Shown: positions 10,349 through 21,700, counted from the stretch's first letter. The stretch is 64,000 nucleotides of DNA from Fibrobacter sp. (GCA_045600425.1 JAZRXW010000064.1:15989-79988), one strand, 5' to 3'. Notes: generated by a model not told the origin, from the letters alone. Made by a program: numbers and translations.

Positions 10349-11416
10349 TTAATTTTCCTTGACTTCAATCTTCAGGGGAGCAGGAGCCTTGGCAGCCTCG
10401 GCACGTTTCTTCTGCAGCTTGTCAAAATCACCCAGTTTCCATGTCCCGCCGTTAACAACGTTTTCAAAATCCAAGATATACTGGACGTTTTCAGAGGTTT
10501 TTAGCTTCGGATTTTTCAGCATAGGTTCCTTATCTCCGCCAAAGTACCTGCCAGCGGCTTTCTTCACGTCATTAACGATATCATCTATTTTATCATTCAC
10601 CACACTCTTGAACACCTTCATCTGCATAATGGAATTCAAGATGGTATTTGCCGGGAAAACAATAGCGGTTAGCTTGTACATAATGCGGTTTCCCGGAATA
10701 GGGTCCATATCCAAGAACGCAATAGCAGTTCCCGTCAAGGACCATTTCAAAATCTTCGCATGTCCATAGCCAAAGAACAAGTCTCGCATGCCCAGCTTTT
10801 TTCCTGCGCTATCTTGCAAGGCCCAGTAAAACTCACCAGAAAGGCTACCGCCATTACTACCATTAAAGAAACGCTTATCCTTGCTGGCATACTCCAGCGT
10901 GTAGTTGGTTTCCAGATAAGTATTAATCAATTCTGCGGTAAAGGGCATATTATCAAACAAGTAGCTGATGACATGTTCATTCAGCGGAAGAGTACCTTCG
11001 TTCACATAAACCGCACGATACTGACGTCCCAGTCGGGCAAAGATTTCTGGCACCATGGGGACGTTAGGATCCGTACTGAGACCACGATTCGTCACTTCTT
11101 TGTAAGGCTGGCAAAATTCATCGTTGTATTTCAGTCTCGGCCATGTTTTCTGGTCGTCTTCCGTACAACCATAAGCAGAAACATCTATGTTCAAGCATTT
11201 TTTCAAACCAGAGCAGAAGGAACGAACGTCATCCTCGTTCCCCAGTTTCTTGGAAAGCTTTTCACGGGGAGACATCTGAGCGGAGACTTTCTTGTTCATG
11301 TCAATGCGAGCCTCTCCCATAGAACTCCCGCCAAGAGAGAATCCAAAGGACAGGACCACCACAAGGGCCACCTTTACCCAAAGTCCGATTTGTTTATTTG
11401 ACTGTAGCTTTTTCAT
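10349..11416 (-). CDS. Hypothetical exported protein
   Basis: 355-aa ORF with a signal-like N-terminus and 4 Cys, translationally coupled to the upstream gene (shares base 11416). No family recognised. Confidence 0.75.
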   Translation of the reverse strand: MKKLQSNKQIGLWVKVALVVVLSFGFSLGGSSMGEARIDMNKKVSAQMSPREKLSKKLGNEDDVRSFCSGLKKCLNIDVSAYGCTEDDQKTWPRLKYNDEFCQPYKEVTNRGLSTDPNVPMVPEIFARLGRQYRAVYVNEGTLPLNEHVISYLFDNMPFTAELINTYLETNYTLEYASKDKRFFNGSNGGSLSGEFYWALQDSAGKKLGMRDLFFGYGHAKILKWSLTGTAIAFLDMDPIPGNRIMYKLTAIVFPANTILNSIMQMKVFKSVVNDKIDDIVNDVKKAAGRYFGGDKEPMLKNPKLKTSENVQYILDFENVVNGGTWKLGDFDKLQKKRAEAAKAPAPLKIEVKEN

Positions 11417-12978
11417 TACTTTCTAAACTCCAAGCTATCCAAAGGAACCACGGTAAAAGGCTTCAGAGCCTCAAACTTGGAAACCGGGCCCACAATGGAA
11501 ATGGTCATCTTGCTCTTGTCAAAGTACTTCACCACCATAGCCTTCACCTGTTCGGCTGTCACAGCGTTGATTTCCTTGACGTAATCCAGATAGTGGTCCT
11601 GGGACTTGCCCAAGAGTTCGCCCTTTGCAAAAATAATAGCCGTAGATGCAGGACTATCGAATAAGCCTGGCAAACTTTCTATCAAGGTTTTCTTCGCCTG
11701 GGAGAGTTCTTCTTCAGACGGTCCTTCCTTTGCCAGTTTTTCAATTTCCTCGTAAATCAATTTCAAAGCATAATCCACAGACTCCACCTTAGTCTGCAAG
11801 GCAATGGTAACCATGGAGGTGTCGCGATAATCATTACCCACAGAGCTATAAATGCTATAGGCAAGGCCTTCATCGCTGCGAACCCGATTCATCAGACGGC
11901 TGGTAAAGCTTCCGCCGCCAAGAATGAAACTAGCTACCGCCGCCGGGTAATAATCTTCGTGAGGACGTTTCACGAAGGGCTGATTCATAGAGATATTTGC
12001 TTGGGTAATATCCTTATCCACCACGTAGATACCGGGCTTACGCAAGAAACTAAGAGGTTTGACCTGTTCAATATTCTTGTCCTTTGCAGCCCCACTTACC
12101 CCGCTGGAATCCGAAGTCGCGTTCCAATCACCCAGATATTCCTTCAGCATTACAATGGCACTGTCGCGATCAATATCGCCGGACAATGCAAAAATGATTT
12201 TTTTGGAAGTAAATGCTCCTGCGGCAAGACGCTTGACATCTTCAGCAGTCACAGCCTTGTATTCATCGCCATTTGCATCCCACAACCGGGAATTATCCGC
12301 ATAGTTGACCTTGGCTTTCAACGAAGAAAGCACCTTGGCGGGAGTATCGTAACGCCGGTCATAGGCGGTAACGTAGTTAGCCTTTATGATTTCCAACTGC
12401 TCGGGATCAAACGCAGGATCCTTGATAATCTTCTTTGCCAGGCCCAACAAATCCTTGAAATCCTTGGAAAGGCAGTCAATATCGAACATAGAGGAGAACG
12501 TTCCAGTGGATGTACTTAGACCTGCACTGATAAATTCCAGGGAATCATCCAAAGCATGAGCCGTAATACCGCCACCGGCTCCACGGCGAAACATTGATCC
12601 CACCATAGAAATGGCGGCTTCATCCTTAAGTACCGCAGGAAGCGTTGACTCCTCAAAATAGACTGTAAAATTTACCAGTGGCAAGGAGCGGTCACTCACA
12701 ATGTACCCGGTCACCCCAGGAGCCACCTCCACACGAAAATCCTTCGGATGGGGAGCAACGTACTTGAATTCAGGGAATTGAATATCCTTGTAGCTGGCAG
12801 GAATATTTGATTCCGGAACAACGACCGGTTCTTCTGAAGCGGTCTCAGCAACAGGTTCTGCAGCGGGTGTTTCCGCCTTGGGAGCAGGGGCTGAAGAGCA
12901 AGCACCCAAAAGGCCGCCCAGGGAAAACAACGTCCCACAAAAAAACAGTTTTGCGAAAAAGGAAGTTTCGTTACGCAT
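11416..12978 (-). CDS. M16 (pitrilysin/insulinase) family lipoprotein, non-catalytic subunit
   Basis: Lipobox LLGAC. ILGGGSFTSRLMNRVRSDEGLAY motif. No HxxEH zinc motif. ATG at 12978 preferred over TTG at 12987. Confidence 0.88.
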   Translation of the reverse strand: MRNETSFFAKLFFCGTLFSLGGLLGACSSAPAPKAETPAAEPVAETASEEPVVVPESNIPASYKDIQFPEFKYVAPHPKDFRVEVAPGVTGYIVSDRSLPLVNFTVYFEESTLPAVLKDEAAISMVGSMFRRGAGGGITAHALDDSLEFISAGLSTSTGTFSSMFDIDCLSKDFKDLLGLAKKIIKDPAFDPEQLEIIKANYVTAYDRRYDTPAKVLSSLKAKVNYADNSRLWDANGDEYKAVTAEDVKRLAAGAFTSKKIIFALSGDIDRDSAIVMLKEYLGDWNATSDSSGVSGAAKDKNIEQVKPLSFLRKPGIYVVDKDITQANISMNQPFVKRPHEDYYPAAVASFILGGGSFTSRLMNRVRSDEGLAYSIYSSVGNDYRDTSMVTIALQTKVESVDYALKLIYEEIEKLAKEGPSEEELSQAKKTLIESLPGLFDSPASTAIIFAKGELLGKSQDHYLDYVKEINAVTAEQVKAMVVKYFDKSKMTISIVGPVSKFEALKPFTVVPLDSLEFRK

Positions 12979-13102
12979 TGTTCCCAAATTAGCAAATTCT
13001 TTTTTACAATTATTCCCGTACCTGGCAAAAGGTTTAACAAATACAGCATTTTCAACAGCGGAACTTTCTATTTTTCCGGCAGGTCAAACCTTCAAAAAAA
13101 AT

Positions 13103-14041
13103 ATGAGTTCAGTCCCTCCCCGATTTTCCGGAAAAATTAGGTTCGCCCCGAGCCCCACAGGTTACCTTCACGAAGGTCACCTTCTCTCGGCACTTTACGT
13201 CTGGGCCGCCTCAAAAAAATGGAACCTGCACATCCATTTGAGAATCGAGGATCACGACAGAGGCCGCACCCGTCAAGCCTATATCGACGGGATAAAAGAA
13301 GACTTGGAATGGATGGGGTTTCAATACCATAGCGAAAGTATCCAAAGCCAAAGGCAGGAACTCTATGGCCAGGCACTCCAAAAGCTCATTGATTGCGGGA
13401 TGGTATATCCCTGTACCTGTAGCCGTAAACAGCTAGAAGCACAAAACCCCCGCAGCGAAACTGGGGAAATCATCTACCAGGGAAAGTGTAAAAATCTATT
13501 CCTCTCCGGCGAAAGAGGGAAATTACTCGTAAGCGAGCCCCACAATCTCCGTTTTAAAATTCAAGACAAAGTAACAAACTGGACAGACCATCGTCTCGGG
13601 GAATTTAACGAGAACCCAGCCCAACAATGCGGTGATTTCCCCATCCAGGACCGGGAAGGGTGTTTCACCTATCAGTTTTGCGTCTGCGTAGACGATTTGG
13701 ACCAGGAAATCACCCACATCGTCCGTGGAGAGGACATTAGAAGTTCCACCGCAAGGCAAATCCAGCTCAGCCAGGCGCTTTGCAAATGTGCAGGAAAGAC
13801 CGTGGGTCACATTCCTTCCGTATACAGAACGCCCCTATACCTGCACCACGCCCTGATGACAGACCCCTCAGGAAAAAAACTTTCCAAAAGGGAGCTCGCC
13901 CACAGTATCCGCCAGGACAAGGAAGCAGGAATCACCCCTCAAGAATTGCTAGGACGGGTTCTTTTTAAGGCCGGTTTTCTAGAATCTCCCCGCCATACCC
14001 CTCTAGACGAAGCAATTGAAGCAATTGTCCATACATTATAA
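13103..14041 (+). CDS. gluQ: Glutamyl-Q tRNA(Asp) synthetase
   Basis: RFAPSPTGYLHEGH, LRIEDHD, Zn site CTCSR...Y...C, VRGED, KLSKR. No anticodon-binding domain. Start moved to ATG 13103 because the 12878 extension overlaps the divergent gene. Confidence 0.88.
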   Translation: MSSVPPRFSGKIRFAPSPTGYLHEGHLLSALYVWAASKKWNLHIHLRIEDHDRGRTRQAYIDGIKEDLEWMGFQYHSESIQSQRQELYGQALQKLIDCGMVYPCTCSRKQLEAQNPRSETGEIIYQGKCKNLFLSGERGKLLVSEPHNLRFKIQDKVTNWTDHRLGEFNENPAQQCGDFPIQDREGCFTYQFCVCVDDLDQEITHIVRGEDIRSSTARQIQLSQALCKCAGKTVGHIPSVYRTPLYLHHALMTDPSGKKLSKRELAHSIRQDKEAGITPQELLGRVLFKAGFLESPRHTPLDEAIEAIVHTL

Positions 14042-14086
14042 AAAAACGAGCAAGAAGAATCCTGTAAAAAAAAGTATATTCAAGGC

Positions 14087-17000
14087 ATGTCTCCAACGCT
14101 CCCTTCTGCCACCCTTTCTAAGCTTCGTCAGGAAATATCCATTTACGACTCTAAAGACCGTTTGTTGTCCTTCGGGGCAAAGGGGGATTTTCAGTCACCC
14201 CTGATTATGGATTCCGGCGACAAGTTTCTTGAAAGATGGCTACAGTCCAAGGAGCCCCTTCCTCTAGAAACCTTCTTCCCCGTCGGAGCAAGCTATACTC
14301 CCCAGCAGAAGCTAAGCCAGCTGGATTCGTTTATGACGGTCCTGCGAGAAAAGAAAGAAGACTTTGGAGAATCAGATTTATACCTGGTATTGGGATTTTT
14401 AAAGTGGGATGGAAACGCCCTTGCTCCCAGCATCCTGATACCCCTTGATGTCGACATCAACAAGAAGACCCTTTCCCTCTCCAAACGCACACCCATTGAA
14501 AATGTAGTCCTGCGAGAAAGACTGAAAGATGTACTGCCATCGCCCCTGCCAAAGGCAGACGATGCCATCATCAACGGCCAATTCAGCATCCAGCTGTATT
14601 TCTCCCTTTTCGAAAAAGCCATAGCAAACGCTCGAAACTGGAAATTTACCCGCCACGGGGTCTGCCTCGGATTCTTTAACACTGGTCGTCTGCTGTTGCG
14701 GAAATGGTTTGACCAAAACTCCCTGGAACGAAAAGCAGACGGAAATTCTATGCTTTCAGCCCTCTTGACCGAAGAAGGTTTTGAAACGCAAGAATCCCTG
14801 TTTGACGACACCGACTTCAACCAGGTCTTCTCCCCTGCGGACCATCATTTTCTGTACATAACCGATTCCCATACCAGCAAGGTCACCCTGGACGCCCTAA
14901 ACGAGAATGCAAAGCATTACGCCATCCAGGCCTTACCGGGTACATCGAAGATTAAGGTTGCGTCCAATATTGTTTCAGAATCCATTGCCTGCGGGAATAA
15001 AATTCTTGTAGTCCACAGACGAGCTACAACAGCTAGCAGTTTTGAAAAAAGCTGGAAGCCCCCCTTCCGTACTTTCAAAGGACTTGACCGTAATAAATTA
15101 CAACAGCAAGTACAGGAAACCCGGCAAAGCATTTCCAGCTACTACGATACAGTCAATAAGCCCATCATGCCAGCAGGCATCACCCTTAGCGAACTGGTTA
15201 ACGAATTTTCCAGGGCAAAAGCTCCCAAGCGCAAATTTTCAGAAGCCACGTTCCAAGGCCTGTCCCAGCTGAACTACAAAGACTACCAGGCTCTCAAACA
15301 GGACCTGCAAGATCTTATTGAACTGTATTTCGAGAAAAACGGTTGCAACGTTCGAAAGGCTTTCCAATCGGTAAACGTATCCAGCCTTACTAATGAGCAA
15401 AAGACGGACCTGGCAAAAGAATTAGCCATCGCTGCAGAAAAAATAGAGGAACTGTCCCCCCTGGTCTCCTGCATAGAATCTGCAGGATTATTCCCTCAGG
15501 GAATTCTTCTGTCCAACATCTCGGACACTCTCAAGCTGCTTCAGGAACACTTTGACCAAGACACCCCCTCTTTTGAACAGTGGGATCTTAGATCCAACAA
15601 CTGGGAATCCTACAAGGAAACTCTACAGGCACTTCCTGCCGCAGGCGACAAGTGGGTCAACTTCCGCAGACAGACCTCGGAAATCTATACCGACAATGCA
15701 GCCGACGAGAATATCCTTTCAGCAAGGGAAATGTTTGCCGAAAGTCAAAAGACAACCTTGAAGGGACTTACCGACCGTTACCGTTCGTCCCGCAAGAAAC
15801 TTCTAAAGGTCATCCGCAACCCCAAGTCTATAGAATCCGATGCCCAGCTTCTGGAGCTCATCGACGCCCTCCTGGATCTTCAAGAGAACAAGAGAGCCTA
15901 CAAGGAAAGTTCCGTCCTGTGCAACAGGTTGCTAGGTAAAGATTGGGGATACGAGCGTTCAAACTGGGAAGAGCTGGGTAAAAAAATCCAGTATCTTTAT
16001 GATTTTCGAAAAAAATATGTGGGCAATGCCAAGGCAGACCAGCTCCTGCAAGTTCTAGAACAATGGCACCTCTTTAAGGAACTCTACGGAGACTTTGAAA
16101 AGTTCCAGAAAACCATTGTAGAATTCCAAGTCATCATCCGTCAGATATCCAAGGATATGGAACTGGAAAAACCGCTGGAAGATTTGAATGTTGCCTCTTG
16201 GCTCGATACCATCAAAGCCTGGAGCGAAAACTGGGACAATCTCGACACCCACCTGCAGCTCACAACTCTTTTCAACCGGATAGAGACTTACAATTGCCAA
16301 GGTATCGTCCAATATATCCAAGACACGGATAAAGTAAGCAAGGACATTGTCCAGGCCATAACCCATCATTGGACTGGCAGTCAGATCCAGCACTTGTCGA
16401 AGGTTTGCCCCGACGTGTTCTCTCTCAGTCCAAAGTCAAGGAACAAGAAGAACAAAGAGTACAAGGCACTGCTGGATACATTCTGCAACGCAAACTTCCA
16501 GGAACTGCATGAAGCCATTGAAAATGATTCAGGTTTACTTGAATCTGTTCACTTGAACGAAACTATGGATCTTGCAGGCAAGCACTTCCAGGTGGCAATC
16601 ATCCTTGACGCAGACAGCATTTCTGTAGTCGAGGCCATGCCCACCCTATTTGCTGCAGACAAGGTCATTCTCATAGGTGATCCCCATAATCCGTCTCTTG
16701 AAAGACTGCCTTTCGATGCCTACCAGGAAACGCCCTTGAACCACACCGCGTTATTCCATGATAGCATTTTGGCTGCGGCCCTCAGACAAGGAATTCCCAC
16801 TAGGGAGTTGTGGTTCTCCACACAATTTTCGGATCCTTCCCTGGTGGAATTTGCCAACAAGAATATCTACAACAATGGAATTAAACAACTTCCCTCGCCC
16901 AACCGCAATGAGTTTAAGGGATTGCATTTCAAGGCCGTTCCCAGCAGAGTTCTAGCCATTTCCCAGGCGGCAATTCGACACGCCGAAAAGAACCCGGGAA

Positions 17001-18205
17001 AAACGTTGGGCATTATCGCTTTCCATCAGTATACTTGCCACGAAATTGAATCTACCATCAAGGCGATGCTGGTCATGGACTCTGCTGCAGGAAGATTTTT
17101 CTCTCAGCAAAATCTTGACATCCGCTACTATGTAAAGACTCCGGAGAGAGCCGTAGATCGCCCCCGCGATGTTATCTTTGTTTGTGCGGAATCCGACGGA
17201 ACCGCAGGCATAGCCGGCGAACGCAAGGTATCCATCTGTTCCACTCTGGCAAAAAGCGAAATTTTCGTATTTGTATCCCAATCCGATCTTTCAAAGCAGG
17301 TCAATACAAAGCAAAGTCTTTTCTGGAATTGGATTGCCTATTTGCAGAACAAGTCCTTCGGGAACGAAAATCATGCTGCAATGGGACCCTCTGAGATTCG
17401 CTCCCAAATTATTGAGACACTTCAAACTGAAAGTATCCAAGTCGAGGAAAGTTTCTCGCCGGGCGGAATCGCCGTCGGGCCCGTGGTGGTAGACGCCAAC
17501 AACCCCAAGCGTTTTCTCGCCCTCATCGAAGAAGACTGCTCTACGGAACGCTTTAGAAATACAGTAGAAGACAGATGCTACATCAGACCCTCCCTGCTAG
17601 GACAGTTGGGCTGGAAGGTCATGTACATGTGGCTTCCCTTCTGGCTAATGGCAAAGCAGGACGAAATCGGACACCTTGTAGCGACACTCGCTATCGAACA
17701 AAGCGTGGCTCCTCCGCCACCTTCACCGCAGGAAGGTGAAAACGACGAGGACAGCGAAATCTTTGAAGACCACGTTTCTGTCAATGTGGTTCCCTACCAG
17801 ATGCAGCACCCCAAGATTGAAGGCACACCTCACGACAAACCCATTGCGGAGTTGCCCGTAGTAGCCTTAATTACACAGCTGAAGTTCTATGTAGATCATG
17901 AAGCCCCCATCCATCAAGACGTTCTAAAGAACCGTCTGTTGGAACTCCACCATGTAGATAGAGCAGGTCCAATGATCATGCAGGCACTGACAGAAGCCAT
18001 CAACCAAGGCCTTCAGAAAAAAAACTTTGTGAAGACAGGTCCATTCTTCTACACCCTCAAGCCCCAGGAGCTCTCTCCCAGAGACCGTACGGGACGGCCC
18101 GACAGTGAACGTAAACTCGCCTACGTCAGCCCCGAAGAGCGTTCCCTGCTGCCATCGTCCATGGACGAACACACGCTAAAACAAACTTTAGGACTCCTCG
18201 AGTAA
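14087..18205 (+). CDS. DUF4011 / SF1 helicase-like / REase-like / DUF3320 multidomain protein with degenerate catalytic motifs
   Basis: DUF4011-like DRLLSF and LYLVLGFLKW...APSILIP. Remnant helicase motifs in order. LGQLGWKVMYMW nuclease-like end. HEAPIHQDVL DUF3320-like motif. Confidence 0.75.
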   Translation: MSPTLPSATLSKLRQEISIYDSKDRLLSFGAKGDFQSPLIMDSGDKFLERWLQSKEPLPLETFFPVGASYTPQQKLSQLDSFMTVLREKKEDFGESDLYLVLGFLKWDGNALAPSILIPLDVDINKKTLSLSKRTPIENVVLRERLKDVLPSPLPKADDAIINGQFSIQLYFSLFEKAIANARNWKFTRHGVCLGFFNTGRLLLRKWFDQNSLERKADGNSMLSALLTEEGFETQESLFDDTDFNQVFSPADHHFLYITDSHTSKVTLDALNENAKHYAIQALPGTSKIKVASNIVSESIACGNKILVVHRRATTASSFEKSWKPPFRTFKGLDRNKLQQQVQETRQSISSYYDTVNKPIMPAGITLSELVNEFSRAKAPKRKFSEATFQGLSQLNYKDYQALKQDLQDLIELYFEKNGCNVRKAFQSVNVSSLTNEQKTDLAKELAIAAEKIEELSPLVSCIESAGLFPQGILLSNISDTLKLLQEHFDQDTPSFEQWDLRSNNWESYKETLQALPAAGDKWVNFRRQTSEIYTDNAADENILSAREMFAESQKTTLKGLTDRYRSSRKKLLKVIRNPKSIESDAQLLELIDALLDLQENKRAYKESSVLCNRLLGKDWGYERSNWEELGKKIQYLYDFRKKYVGNAKADQLLQVLEQWHLFKELYGDFEKFQKTIVEFQVIIRQISKDMELEKPLEDLNVASWLDTIKAWSENWDNLDTHLQLTTLFNRIETYNCQGIVQYIQDTDKVSKDIVQAITHHWTGSQIQHLSKVCPDVFSLSPKSRNKKNKEYKALLDTFCNANFQELHEAIENDSGLLESVHLNETMDLAGKHFQVAIILDADSISVVEAMPTLFAADKVILIGDPHNPSLERLPFDAYQETPLNHTALFHDSILAAALRQGIPTRELWFSTQFSDPSLVEFANKNIYNNGIKQLPSPNRNEFKGLHFKAVPSRVLAISQAAIRHAEKNPGKTLGIIAFHQYTCHEIESTIKAMLVMDSAAGRFFSQQNLDIRYYVKTPERAVDRPRDVIFVCAESDGTAGIAGERKVSICSTLAKSEIFVFVSQSDLSKQVNTKQSLFWNWIAYLQNKSFGNENHAAMGPSEIRSQIIETLQTESIQVEESFSPGGIAVGPVVVDANNPKRFLALIEEDCSTERFRNTVEDRCYIRPSLLGQLGWKVMYMWLPFWLMAKQDEIGHLVATLAIEQSVAPPPPSPQEGENDEDSEIFEDHVSVNVVPYQMQHPKIEGTPHDKPIAELPVVALITQLKFYVDHEAPIHQDVLKNRLLELHHVDRAGPMIMQALTEAINQGLQKKNFVKTGPFFYTLKPQELSPRDRTGRPDSERKLAYVSPEERSLLPSSMDEHTLKQTLGLLE

Positions 18206-18219
18206 AAACTTTCAAAAGC

Positions 18220-18245
18220 AAAAGCCCCGGATCACCGGGGCTTTT
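18220..18245. terminator. Bidirectional intrinsic terminator
   Basis: AAAAGCCCCGG-ATCA-CCGGGGCTTTT between convergent genes. Confidence 0.88.
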
Positions 18246-18263
18246 ATAATTGCGTTTAAGGAA

Positions 18264-18665
18264 TTAGCGGACCTTTACCACGAAAGCATTGATATTATAT
18301 GCGGAAAGTTCGCGAGCCTTGTCCTCAGCAGCCTTCTTGGAAGACCATCCACCGCCACGAAGCTTGTAGAACGGAGTATCGAACACCACCTGGATGGTGT
18401 AGCCGGTGCTGGCGGAAAGTTCAGCCTTACGGCGCTGTGCGGCATCGAAGTCGGCCACAGCCTCAAACTGCAAGACAAAGAGACCTTCGGACTTGCCATC
18501 TTTCTTAGCCTTGCTGGAAAGATTCTGTCCAGAGGTAGTATCTCTAAGAGAAGAACTCAAAACGGGCTTATATTCACGACCCTGGAAAAGGGAATCAAGA
18601 TCTGTAGGGGCTCCTGCCCAAACCAGGGACATGGAGAATAAAAATGCAACGATATACTTCATCAT
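18264..18665 (-). CDS. SPOR-domain (peptidoglycan-binding) protein
   Basis: Signal peptide. FVLQFEAVADFDAA...PFYKLRGGGWSSKKAAE...AFVV matches the SPOR pattern. Confidence 0.8.
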   Translation of the reverse strand: MMKYIVAFLFSMSLVWAGAPTDLDSLFQGREYKPVLSSSLRDTTSGQNLSSKAKKDGKSEGLFVLQFEAVADFDAAQRRKAELSASTGYTIQVVFDTPFYKLRGGGWSSKKAAEDKARELSAYNINAFVVKVR

Positions 18666-18680
18666 AGCTTTAAATATAGT

Positions 18681-18715
18681 AAAAAGAGAGGCGGGTCTAA
18701 ACCCGCCTCTCTTTT
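18681..18715 (-). terminator. Intrinsic terminator after the fibro-slime gene
   Basis: AAAAAGAGAGGCGGGT-CTAA-ACCCGCCTCTCTTTT. Confidence 0.9.
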
Positions 18716-18730
18716 CAGATTCAACTGAAC

Positions 18731-21700
18731 TTACTTGCTATAAGGTGCACTGGTTCTTCTTACGCCCCAGACAGAGGTTCTGTCAAGAGAGTTCTTCTTA
18801 CCGAACTTGGAAGCCAGCTTGATGTAGGATTCCAGCTTGGTAATGTAAGCACCGGTAGCCACTTCGCGACCTTCGTCAGAGCGCATATTCCATGCGATGT
18901 AGAAGTTACGGCCAGCGTCCATACAGTTCTTGCCAACACCGAATACGGTTTCATCCGTACAGGAGATCTTGCCGCTCTGGCTTGCAACGTAGTTGCCCAG
19001 GTTGGTGAAGTATTCAACGTTATAGTAGAAGAATACATTTGCAAGTTCTTCCGGATGAGCGCTGAAGTAGTTGTAGATCAAAGTATCAGAGTTAATCAAG
19101 GCGTTCATGTCAGACTGAACGAAATGACCAACCACACCGTTTTCAGCAGCAAGAACTTCTTCGATACTCTTGCTTGTGGGATAAGCATTCACAGAAACCA
19201 CAGGAACGTTATCACCCTTAGGAGCATTGCCAGTGTGGGCGAAGGTCTGTTCCTTCACAGTCACTTCAGCTTCACCGTTAATGGGAGACCAGGGAGACGG
19301 GAGACGCACAGTGGAGTTGTATGCAGTAGGAGCATTCCAATTGTAGTCAGCATCGTTTGCCGGACGCAGGGTATCGCTACCAGCAACAACAATGTTTGTA
19401 GTATCGCTCCAGAACACATTATCCACATCACCGCTAAAGCGGATGTAGTCACCAACGTGAGGAGTGTTTTCTGCTTCGGTACTGTACATGGCAACAATTC
19501 TTGCAGAGTTGTCGGTCACGTCAATGGCTTCCACACTTGCAGTGAAACGCTGTTCTTCAGTCAAAGAAGTTGCAGAGTTCAGATAGAAGGTAAAGGACTT
19601 AATCACATCCTTAACACCCTTCACCGGTTCGGAAATTTCCAGCATCAAGCGGTTCAAGGTTTCGCTTGCGCTCACCACGCGAGCAGAGAGGATTACCGGA
19701 GCCATACGATCGGTCAAATCACCGTCGAAGGACTGGGTCACCACTTTACCCTTATCCATGAACTTAGCCCAAGAGAACACCTTTCCGGTACCGCCAGTTT
19801 TTGCAGCCTTGGAAAGCTTCAAGCCACCCACATACATCTTGGCATCGCAATAACCTTCAGCGTCTACTGTACCCTGGCAAGAAATCTTGGAGGCATCGGC
19901 AAAGTCGTTGCAGAACATTTCCTTGTCAGATTCCTTGTTAGAGATACCCAATTCATAGGGGTTATACTTTTCTGCAGTCTTTTCGTCCCACAGGAAGCAG
20001 ATGTAAGAGGGCATAGAGTCCTGATGGATGCGGCGGTTATAGTAAACTACAGCAGAGTCACCGATACCATCTAGGTATTCCTGTTCAGCCGAGTAGTAGG
20101 GAGCAGGGATGTTCATTTCGGCTTCGGAAGTTGCACCATGAGCATCGAAGATATCGGTCAAGACAGGATAAGGTACAGGCGGTTCACGGAAGAACACCGG
20201 AGTATAGGTAGCCTTGGCCAGATTGTTGTCCGTAGCGATCACATAGATTGCTGCAGGACCACAGTCATCCTTCGGGTTAGCAGGATTCGGAGTGCAACCT
20301 TCCGGGTAGTAGCGGTATTCCTTCAGAGAACGAATAGGAATGGTAGCCTTACCGCCCACAAACTTCAGTTCGGCAGAAGCCTGGGCTTCAACGCGAGCAG
20401 AGGTTTCAGAACTCAGCATAAGGTCAAAGTTACACTTTTCGCAAATGGTATTGTCCGGAGTCATTGCAATCAGGTAGAAGTCATAGAAGCTACCCACCCA
20501 GTATTCATCGTAAGAACCTTCAAGATTCTTTTCTTCGCCAGCCACAGGTTTGGTGTAAGCAGAATCAATGAAGAAGAGATTCGGCAGATAGAACTTGATT
20601 GTAGCCGGAGTGGTAGAACTACCGGTAACGCTAATGGTATAGTTGGCAGTGTTAGCTTCCATTGCACCGAACTGGACGGTTGCGTACAGGGTGTCAACAC
20701 CGGAAGGACCAATCTTACGCTTGTCGGCACTTGTCACAGGATCAAGGGTGCCAGCGGCATTCTTTGCATACAGGTTCAAGCCCTTGGTTGCAGTCAGGGA
20801 GTATTCCACACCTTCTGCATCAGAGGGAGACATGTAGAGCTTGCCACCATCTTCAACGATCAAGGCGGAAACATAGACCGGAACCAGTTCGCCAGCCAGT
20901 TCAGTATCGGTGTACTTGTAGGCATTCTTCAGGGCGGACATTTCCATACCTTCGGAGTCAAGGACTGCGGTGGGAGTAGCAAACATCACGTCAACGCTAC
21001 CCAGAGTACGGAAGAAGTCAACCTTCTTGGCCTTGGAGCCATCGTAGGCAAACAGAGTCCACTTACCCGGCGGCAGGGAAACCTTGTCCTTGTCCACCCA
21101 GGGGCTAGAAATATCTTCAAGATGAATACCATTCTTGTTCACAACGCCATTGACCAGCTTTTCGGCTTCGTCAATGTTAAACACGTTGCCAGCCACCAGG
21201 TAGTAGTCCAGCTGGACGCCGCACACGTCAGCAATATCAGAACCGCAGCAACGGATTTCTTCGTCGGTACCGTTCATAGAGCTTGCACAGCCGCCATCGC
21301 CAGACTTGGTGTAGCACATGGTATAGTTCTTGACAGCCGGATTTGCGGGATCCTTCTTGCTCTGGATTTCAAGAGCAGTGGTCTGCTTGATATACATGTT
21401 GGTCTTGATACGAACGTTGGACATGGTAGTACGGCGGTCGCAGAAGAAGATATCAATCTCATACTGGGTTCCGTATTCCAAGGTACGTCCACCGTAGCCC
21501 TTGAAGTTATCCAGGTTGACATAGCCAGGAGCAGCAAGATGGGTACCGCCCAAGTCCACAGCCAGAGTATTGTCGATAAACACCCAAATGTCATCGTCAC
21601 CGCGGAAGTTAAACTTCAGACCGGGCTTATGGGTAAACTTAGCATGAGATTCAAAGCAGTAATGCTGGTTACGTGTAGCAGTCCAACGAGGTGCACCACC

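Noticed and set aside
12878-13102. N-terminal extension of gluQ
   Set aside because: It overlaps the divergent M16 gene, and recognisable GluQ sequence begins only after ATG 13103.
14087-18205. Calling this an active Hhe defence system or a pseudogene
   Set aside because: The catalytic motifs are eroded, so activity is unsupported. The frame is intact with expression signals, so it is not a pseudogene.
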